The notes under the pieces: generated by a model
The model's input: the letters and a program-made list of their open reading frames with translations, nothing else
What the model was told of the DNA's origin: nothing
Databases searched by the model: none
Source: Myxococcota bacterium
GTDB taxonomy: Bacteria > Myxococcota_A > UBA796 > UBA2385
NCBI GenBank assembly: GCA_044344255.1
Contig: JBIJDH010000020.1
Location: 32,001 to 96,000 of the forward strand
Reading direction: 5' to 3'
Length of the DNA stretch: 64,000 bases
Program-made: the position numbers and the translations under genes
In this document: piece after piece, positions 57,587 through 64,000 of the stretch
Layout: every line of letters starts with the position of its first letter
Numbering within the stretch: the stretch's first letter is position 1

Positions 57587-59617
57587 TCACCATGTGGTGA
57601 GGAAGCGGTCCACCTCTTCACGCTCCAACATGCCGAGCGAGAACTGGAGACAGTTGGAGCAGATATCGACGTGCCCGAGGCGGAAGAGCCCGCTCACCTC
57701 GAAGGGGGAGCGCCCGCAGAGCTTGCAGGTGGCGTCGTCGGGGGCGGCCATCGAGGCGCGGCTGTGGCTGATCTTGAGGACACACTTGTCACAGATCACC
57801 ACGTCGCCGCCCGCCATCATGTGGGTCACCTCCCCGGGCTGCCGGTTGCAGGTGCTGCACCGCGTCTCCTCGCCGTCCGAGACCCGCCGCGGCCGCGCCG
57901 GCCCCGAGGGCGGGGTGACCTGGTTGAGCAGGTGGTCGACGATCGCGGTGGCGCCGCGCAGCACGGCGCGGTCGTGGAGGCGGCGGGTGGCCTCGGGCTC
58001 GCCGTACATGGCGAGGGCGGCCCAGGCGGCCACCGAGAGCTCCGGGTCTGCCACCTCGGCCCAGCGGCGGAGCAGCTCCTTGCCGGCGGCGCTGCGGCGG
58101 AGGCCGATCGAGAGCAGGAGCAGGGCCTGATAGGCGCGGGCGCCGTTCCGCTCGGCGTCGAGGTTGCGGCGGTGCGCGGTGACGTCGTGGGCCGGCGGGT
58201 AGCGGTCGACGGCGGCCCGCTTGAGGTCGGACTCCTCGAGCTGCAGCCCGGAGATGAGCACGGGCTCGGGCACAGCGGGGGCCGCGGAGAGGGCGAGGCC
58301 GCCGAGGTTGACGCCGAAGTGGCGGCCGGGCTCGCGCAGGCGCACGCTGGCGGCGTCGGCCACCTGGCTGGTCGACAGGTTGCAGGCCGCCTCCCAGAGC
58401 TGGAAGCGCAGCGCCTCGTCCTGGCTGCGGTCGATGGTGGCGAGCATCGGCCCCACGGTGGAGGGGCCCACAGCCCGCAGCTCGTCGAGGATCACGCGCA
58501 CCCGCTCCCGGGTGCGGCCGCGGGCGTCGTCGGCGCCGCCGGGGGGCAGCCGGTCGTAGCCGCCGACCTCGGACTCCAGCGCCATCACGAGCCAGCGCAC
58601 GTCGCCGCCGATGCGCCGGGCGCGGGCGAGCTCGATGTAGCTCGGCAGGTGGCCCGGGTGGTCCTTCAGGGCCTCGCGGAAGACGCGCAGGGCCTCGTTC
58701 GGCTCACCCTCCTCGAGCAGCGTGCAGCCGAGGGCGTGGCGGGCCAACACATCGTCGGGATCGGCGAGCAGGGCCTGATGGCAGGCCTCGCGGGCCCGCG
58801 GATACTCCCCGAGCTGGAACCAGGCCATCGCCATCCGGGCGAGCACCTTCGGATCATCCGGCTTCTCGCGCAGATACTGCCGAAAGTGCTGGATGGCGTT
58901 GTTGTACTTGCCGAGCTCGTACGCGACGAGGCCGAGGTGAAAGCGGGCCAAGGCGGCGTACTTCGGCTGCTCGCGCAGACGGAGGAAGAACTTCTCGGCC
59001 TCCTTGTGCCGCCCGGTGAGCATGCAGGTGATGCCGAGGTCGCGCAGCAGCAGCGGGAGCTGGTCGGGGGCGGGGTCGCGCTTGAGCGTCTGGACGAAGT
59101 GGTACTGGGCCCGCTCGACGAGCCGCTTCGGGTGCCCCTTCCGACGGGCGAGGTCGAGCAGGGCGTGGCCGAGCTCGAGGTGGGTCTCCCAGGAGTCGGC
59201 GGCGAGCCGGCAGGCGCTCTCGAGCTGGCGGACGGCCTGGCCCGCCTCGTCGCGGAGGAGGTCGAGGCGGCCGAGCGCGAGGCGGAGGTCGGCCCGCTCC
59301 CCGTCGATGCGCACCGCCTGGTCAAGGTAACGGGTGGCGGCCTTGGGGCGATCGATGCCGATCAGGGAGAGCCCGGCCAGCACCAGGGCCTCGGCGTTGG
59401 AGGGGTCGTCGTTGAGCGCCTTCCGCGCCAGCGCCAGCGCCCGATTGCAGTCCTGCTCCCCGCCGCTGTGGTACAGCCCGCGCGAGAGCACCGCCCGCGC
59501 GAGCTCGATGCGAGAGGCCGGGTCGTCGGGAGAGCCGTGGATACGGTCCTCCAGCCGGCTGATCGTCCAGTCGAGCTTGGTGTGCGGGAAGAGGGTGTGT
59601 AGCGGCGGGGTCGTCAT
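57587..59617 (-). CDS. TPR-repeat protein with two C-terminal ClpX-type C4 zinc fingers
   Basis: Multiple TPR units (e.g. ARFHLGLVAYELGKYNNAIQHF); CSTC..EVTHMMAGGDVVICDKCV and CKLC..EVSGLF..VDICSNCL. Confidence 0.85.
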   Translation of the reverse strand: MTTPPLHTLFPHTKLDWTISRLEDRIHGSPDDPASRIELARAVLSRGLYHSGGEQDCNRALALARKALNDDPSNAEALVLAGLSLIGIDRPKAATRYLDQAVRIDGERADLRLALGRLDLLRDEAGQAVRQLESACRLAADSWETHLELGHALLDLARRKGHPKRLVERAQYHFVQTLKRDPAPDQLPLLLRDLGITCMLTGRHKEAEKFFLRLREQPKYAALARFHLGLVAYELGKYNNAIQHFRQYLREKPDDPKVLARMAMAWFQLGEYPRAREACHQALLADPDDVLARHALGCTLLEEGEPNEALRVFREALKDHPGHLPSYIELARARRIGGDVRWLVMALESEVGGYDRLPPGGADDARGRTRERVRVILDELRAVGPSTVGPMLATIDRSQDEALRFQLWEAACNLSTSQVADAASVRLREPGRHFGVNLGGLALSAAPAVPEPVLISGLQLEESDLKRAAVDRYPPAHDVTAHRRNLDAERNGARAYQALLLLSIGLRRSAAGKELLRRWAEVADPELSVAAWAALAMYGEPEATRRLHDRAVLRGATAIVDHLLNQVTPPSGPARPRRVSDGEETRCSTCNRQPGEVTHMMAGGDVVICDKCVLKISHSRASMAAPDDATCKLCGRSPFEVSGLFRLGHVDICSNCLQFSLGMLEREEVDRFLTTW

Positions 59618-59697
59618 CCGCAGGCGCTCAGAGTTGACGGGTGATCGGCGAGGCTATCTCACTTTCACCCGCGCGGCCCTCTGGCCTTCCGCCGCCG

Positions 59698-60063
59698 TCA
59701 ATAGAAGAGCAGGCCCCACTCCTCGTTCACGACCCTCTGAAACTCTGCGTCGAAGGTTCCTTCCTGCTCGAAGATCACCTCGGCCGCCACCTTGCGCAGC
59801 TCTTGGATACCGATGCGACCGTTCGGAACGGCGAGGTCGAGCAGGCGATCATTGACGAGGTTGAGCAGCCGGTCGTCGAGGTGGCCGAGCTCCACGAGCA
59901 GATCGAGCATCGCGCTGGCGCCGGGATCGACCTCGAGCACGAGCGGGGGCGGCCGCGGCGGCGCGGCGGGGCCCTCGAGCCCCCGCGCCTCCGCGGACTT
60001 GCGGTCGTTCGGCCTGCGGTCTGCGGCGGCCCGGTCTCCCGGGCTCCGATCGGACGGTCTCAT
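59698..60063 (-). CDS. Small protein resembling the C-terminal half of Smg (DUF494)
   Basis: DPGASAMLDLLVELGHLD..VNDRLLDL..IGIQELRKV..VIFEQEG pattern; directly downstream of dprA. Confidence 0.55.
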   Translation of the reverse strand: MRPSDRSPGDRAAADRRPNDRKSAEARGLEGPAAPPRPPPLVLEVDPGASAMLDLLVELGHLDDRLLNLVNDRLLDLAVPNGRIGIQELRKVAAEVIFEQEGTFDAEFQRVVNEEWGLLFY

Positions 60064-60151
60064 CAGCACCTCTGGGGCGACGGCTAACCTCCGACGGGCG
60101 CCGAGGCCCCGCGGCGCCGCGCCTCCGGTCCTCCGCCCTCGCCCCTGCGCC

Positions 60152-61165
60152 TCAGGCCCGCAGGGCGAAGCGGTCACCGGGGAGCCGCTCCACCCGCCCG
60201 GCGAGCTCATGCGCGGAGAGCGCGCGCATCAGGGCCACAGCGTCGAGGGAGACGGCGGCCTGGAGGGCGTCGAAGGTGATGCCCGGGCGGATGGCGGCGA
60301 GCAGCGGATCGACCGGCCCGGCGGGCTTCGGCGGCTCGGGGGGGAGGCCGAGGTGGTCAAGCACGTCGGCGAGGGAGGTGGCCATCGGCGCCCCGTGGCG
60401 GAGGAGCGCGAGGCAGCCCGCCGCGTTCTCCATCAGGGGGTGGCCGGGCACGACGAGCAGCTCGCGACCGAACTCGAGGGCCTGCTTGGCGGTGATGAGG
60501 GCGCCGGAGCGCTCGCGGGCCTCGACCACCACGACCGCGCGGCTCATCCCGGCGATGATGCGGTTGCGCTGCGGGAAGGTGACCCGCGAGGCCCCGGTGC
60601 CCGGCAGGAGCTCGCTCAAGATGAGGCCCCCCGCGTCGAGGATGTGGTTGGCCATGCGCTCCTGGACGTGCGGGAGCCGCAGGTCGACCGCCTGGCCGAG
60701 CACCGCCACCGTGCGGGGCATCGAGGCCTCGTGGGCCGCGGAGTCGATGCCATGGGCGAGGCCGGAGACGACCACCTGCCCGGCCCGATGGAGCCCCGCC
60801 GAGAGGAGGCGAGCGAAGCGCATGCCGAGGTCGGTCGCGGCGCGCGAGCCGACGATCGCGATCGAGGGCTCGGTGAGCAGGGCCCGCGAACCCCGGAAGA
60901 AGAGCACCGGGGGCGCGAAGGGCAAGGGCCGCAGCAGCGCCGGGTAGTCGGGATCGGAGAGGGTGACGAAGTCGCCCCCGTCGAGGAGGGGCGGGGCGTC
61001 GAGCAGGGCCGCCGCCCGATCGGGCCGGAGCCCGAGGGCGACGAGCTCGGCCTCGCGGAGGTGAGGCAGGCGCGGCGGGGCCACCCCCGCCGAGAGCAGG
61101 GGGGACAGATCCAAACGGCCCGTCATTCGCGCGGCCGCGTGCCAGAATCCAGGGAGAACAGCCAT
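60152..61165 (-). CDS. dprA: DNA-processing protein DprA (Smf)
   Basis: YPALL..PPVLF.RG, IAIVGSR, VVSGLAHGID..AH, FPQRNRIIAG, VVVEA..SGALITA..ALE.GRE. Confidence 0.95.
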   Translation of the reverse strand: MAVLPGFWHAAARMTGRLDLSPLLSAGVAPPRLPHLREAELVALGLRPDRAAALLDAPPLLDGGDFVTLSDPDYPALLRPLPFAPPVLFFRGSRALLTEPSIAIVGSRAATDLGMRFARLLSAGLHRAGQVVVSGLAHGIDSAAHEASMPRTVAVLGQAVDLRLPHVQERMANHILDAGGLILSELLPGTGASRVTFPQRNRIIAGMSRAVVVVEARERSGALITAKQALEFGRELLVVPGHPLMENAAGCLALLRHGAPMATSLADVLDHLGLPPEPPKPAGPVDPLLAAIRPGITFDALQAAVSLDAVALMRALSAHELAGRVERLPGDRFALRA

Positions 61166-61242
61166 GGTGCCGAGTCCGGAGCGCGTCCCGTCAGGGGGTC
61201 GCGCAGAGGGGCACCGAGGGCAGACGACGGGGGTGCGCGCCC

Positions 61243-62145
61243 TTATCCCTCCGCCCCCGGCGCTGTCGAGGGGGCCGGCTTGCGCCCAGAGACCACCCGG
61301 TCGTGCCCGGCGAGGTCCTTCTTCACCGCGACGTCGACCAGGCCCGCCGCCCGGAAGAGCGCCGAGACAGCCGCGGCCTGGTCATGGCCGATCTCCACTG
61401 CCACCCCGAGCGTGGCCCGCGCCGCCGCCGCGGGGATCAGGGCCCGGTAGACGTCGAGGCCGTCCACCCCACCGTCGAGGGCCAGCCGGGGCTCGTGATC
61501 GCGCACCTCGGGCTGGAGCGTCGCCAGCACGGGCCGGGCGATGTAGGGCGGGTTCGAGACGACGAGGTCGATGCGCCGCGCGGGAGGGATGGGGTCGAGC
61601 AGGGAGCCCTGGAGCACCGCCACCCGAGCGCCGAGCGTGTGGGACGCCACGTTCTCGCGGGTGTTGGCCAGGGCCTCCGGCGAGAGGTCGACCGCGAAGA
61701 CCTTGACCGCAGGCCGGGCCAGCGCCAGGGACAGCCCGACGCAGCCCGTCCCGGCGCCGACGTCGGCCACGAAGAGGGCCTCACCCTCGGGCAGGAAGCC
61801 GAGCGCCACCTCGACCAGCGCCTCGGTGTCGGGGCGGGGCACGAGCACGCCGGGCAGCACGGTGAAGTCGTGGAGGTAGAAGCCCACCGAGCCGAGGATC
61901 CAGCCCAGCGGCTCCCGTCGCCCCCGCCGCGCGATGAGGGGCCGCACCCGGTCAAGCTCGGCGGCGGTGAGCGGGCGGTCGAACTGGAGGTAGAGCTGCA
62001 TCCGGCTCATCTCGAGCGCGTGGCCGATGAGCTGCTCCGCCTCGAAGCGCGGCGAAGGGACGCCCTTCTCCTTCAGGTAGGCCTCGGTCTTGCGCAAGAT
62101 ATCGACGACAGAAGGGAGGACGACAGAAGGCAAGTCGGCAGACAA
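61243..62145 (-). CDS. prmC: Release factor glutamine methyltransferase PrmC/HemK (start uncertain)
   Basis: RR.RREPL.WILG, VLVPRPDTE, DVGAGTGC, VSNPPY, EP.LALDGG.DGL, EIG..Q, DLAG.DR. Confidence 0.95.
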   Translation of the reverse strand: MSADLPSVVLPSVVDILRKTEAYLKEKGVPSPRFEAEQLIGHALEMSRMQLYLQFDRPLTAAELDRVRPLIARRGRREPLGWILGSVGFYLHDFTVLPGVLVPRPDTEALVEVALGFLPEGEALFVADVGAGTGCVGLSLALARPAVKVFAVDLSPEALANTRENVASHTLGARVAVLQGSLLDPIPPARRIDLVVSNPPYIARPVLATLQPEVRDHEPRLALDGGVDGLDVYRALIPAAAARATLGVAVEIGHDQAAAVSALFRAAGLVDVAVKKDLAGHDRVVSGRKPAPSTAPGAEG

Positions 62146-62278
62146 GGGCGGCTCCGAAGCGCCCTGCTATCCCGGCGCCTCGCCGCGATCGCCCAGGCCC
62201 CGATCGCCCGGGATCGGTGGCCGCCTGTAAGGATCGACCCCGCCCTGGCGTAGGATGCCCACCTGCGGGAGGTGTGGT

Positions 62279-64000
62279 GTGGCGGAAGGAAGCGAAAACT
62301 CGACCGAGCGGCTGAAGCGGAAGGGCAAGAAGGTCCTCGCCTGGACCCTCGGATCCATGGGCCTGCTGGCCCTGCTCTGCGCCTCCCGCGTCACGTGCCT
62401 GTCCTCCTGGGCCCTCTACGGGGTGCGGATCCCCGAGTGCCCCTCCGGGGACCTTCGACAGACCGCCGAGCTCGAAGCCTCCTCCCTCCGCCGGAACAGC
62501 GTCGGCTACGTCACGCTCCGCGCGTCGGCCCACTACACCACGGGCCAGGCAGACCAGGACCAGTCCGCCTATGTGCACCGCCTCGACGGGGAGCTCTCGC
62601 TGGTCGATGCGAGCGGCAAGGTCACCCCCCTCGAGCCCGAGGACGGCTGGGACGAGGACGGTGTCACCCTCTCCGCGCAGATCAAGCTCCCCGAGGTGCC
62701 GGACGGCGACTACACGCTCCGCGGCGTCGTCTCCACCCCGATCGGCGAGAGCACGGTAGAGGCGCCCCTCCCCATCTACGCCCCCGCCCGGGTGCATGTC
62801 ATCACCGACCGGCCCCTCTACGAGCCGGGCAACAGCATGGCCTTTCGTGCCGTCGTGCTGCGCGCGGCCGACCTCGCCCCCCTCGATGGGCGCCCCGGCA
62901 AGTGGATCGTGAAGGATCCTTCAGGCGAGGTGCTGCTCGAAGAGAAGGCCCCCGCCGGCGAGTGGGGCGTGGTCTCGGGCTCCTTCCCGATTGACCGCGA
63001 AGCCACGAGCGGCCCCTGGACGGTGAGCTGGGTCTCCGGAGATGCCTCGGCCGACGCCGTCGTCACCGTCGAGCCCTTCACCCTGCCGCGCTTCCGCGTC
63101 GAGGTCACCCCCAACCAGGGCTGGTATCGGCCGGGAGACCGCCCGGTCGTCACGGGGCGGGTGGTCTACAGCTCGGGCGCGCCGGTGGCCGGGGCCGCGG
63201 TGGAGCTCAATTGGAGCGTGTCCGGCGACTGGCCGCCCCCCACCGACTGGCTGGAGGGCGCGCTCCCGAAGGAGGCCATCACCGACAACGACGGGCGCTT
63301 CGTCCTCACGCTGCCTCAGATCCCCGCTGACCTCCAGGGCCGAAGCACCCTCTCCGCCAGCGTCGCCGCCACCGACCCCGCCGGAGACCGTGTGGGCGGC
63401 GGTCTGTCCCTGCTGCTGAGCGAAGATCCGCTCCAGGTCACGGCCGTCACCGAGCTCGGGGACGGGCTCGTCGAGGGCTTCAACAACCGCATGTACCTCC
63501 GGGCGACCACCCCCACGGGAGACCCCCTCGTCGGCACGACGCTGCGGCTCCGCCCCTCCTATGACCCCACCGCCAAGCCCCGCGAGGCCAAGACCGACGA
63601 GGACGGCGTCGCGGCCTTCCAGGTCGACCCCGGGCCCGCGATCAACGTGGTCATCCCCGCCAAACCCTATCGGCCCCCGGCCCGCGAGCCCGGGGTCAGT
63701 CGTTCGAACACCCAGGCCCTCCTCGGCAATGGGGAGGATGAGCTGCCGCTGGCCGACCAGCTCGCCCTCGACCGCCTCGTGGGGGGACTCCAGGACTGCG
63801 CACGTTTCGTGAGCGGCAGCGAGAACGCCCATGTGGCGCTGGTCATCGAGGCCTCGGGCGCCATCCGCGACGCCGTGGCCCTCGGTCGGCCGGGTGAGTG
63901 TCTCGCCGCTGGCCTCCGCGGCCGCTCCCTGTCGGCGACCGGCACCACCCGGGTCTACTCGGTCGATTATTCTATCACCGACCAGGACCTGCCGAAGGTC
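62279..64000 (+). CDS. Alpha-2-macroglobulin-like MG2-domain protein; 3' end runs off the window
   Basis: Not in the ORF track (open at the right edge). GGGAGG SD then GTG 62279; TM anchor; VITDRPLYEPG..FRAVVL..DPSG..WGVVSGSF..GPW..VEPFTLPRFRVEV. Confidence 0.85.
   Translation, partial: MAEGSENSTERLKRKGKKVLAWTLGSMGLLALLCASRVTCLSSWALYGVRIPECPSGDLRQTAELEASSLRRNSVGYVTLRASAHYTTGQADQDQSAYVHRLDGELSLVDASGKVTPLEPEDGWDEDGVTLSAQIKLPEVPDGDYTLRGVVSTPIGESTVEAPLPIYAPARVHVITDRPLYEPGNSMAFRAVVLRAADLAPLDGRPGKWIVKDPSGEVLLEEKAPAGEWGVVSGSFPIDREATSGPWTVSWVSGDASADAVVTVEPFTLPRFRVEVTPNQGWYRPGDRPVVTGRVVYSSGAPVAGAAVELNWSVSGDWPPPTDWLEGALPKEAITDNDGRFVLTLPQIPADLQGRSTLSASVAATDPAGDRVGGGLSLLLSEDPLQVTAVTELGDGLVEGFNNRMYLRATTPTGDPLVGTTLRLRPSYDPTAKPREAKTDEDGVAAFQVDPGPAINVVIPAKPYRPPAREPGVSRSNTQALLGNGEDELPLADQLALDRLVGGLQDCARFVSGSENAHVALVIEASGAIRDAVALGRPGECLAAGLRGRSLSATGTTRVYSVDYSITDQDLPKV

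Overview
A very GC-rich, densely coding bacterial chromosomal segment. It is most consistent with a Myxococcota/deltaproteobacterial lineage: it has MYXO-CTERM-like tails, Cys-rich 'putative metal-binding' repeats, two alpha-2-macroglobulin-like genes and many lipoproteins. Housekeeping genes include rplU-rpmA-obgE-(lipoprotein)-rsfS-rlmH, aat, fabD, nrnA, prmC, dprA and a GT9 heptosyltransferase-like gene. I saw no rRNA, tRNA, CRISPR array or transposase. The most notable observations are: (1) a cluster of three cobalamin-dependent radical SAM genes with a PEMT/ICMT-like membrane methyltransferase, two small ORFs and a divergent GT2; (2) a TPR protein ending in tandem ClpX-type C4 zinc fingers, downstream of dprA and an Smg-like gene; (3) a hybrid histidine kinase whose visible catalytic motifs are all degenerate, next to an intact Hpt protein; (4) a BzdR/BoxR-type regulator with a TGCA-N6-TGCA palindrome, next to an orphan NorQ/CbbQ ATPase; (5) an RsfS with a ~60-residue Asp/Glu tract and an L21 lacking GHRQ; (6) a LysR gene that appears to need an ATC start; (7) a hipBA module; and (8) recurrent short tandem duplications at gene junctions. 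All calls rest on motif recognition by eye; no database searches were run.
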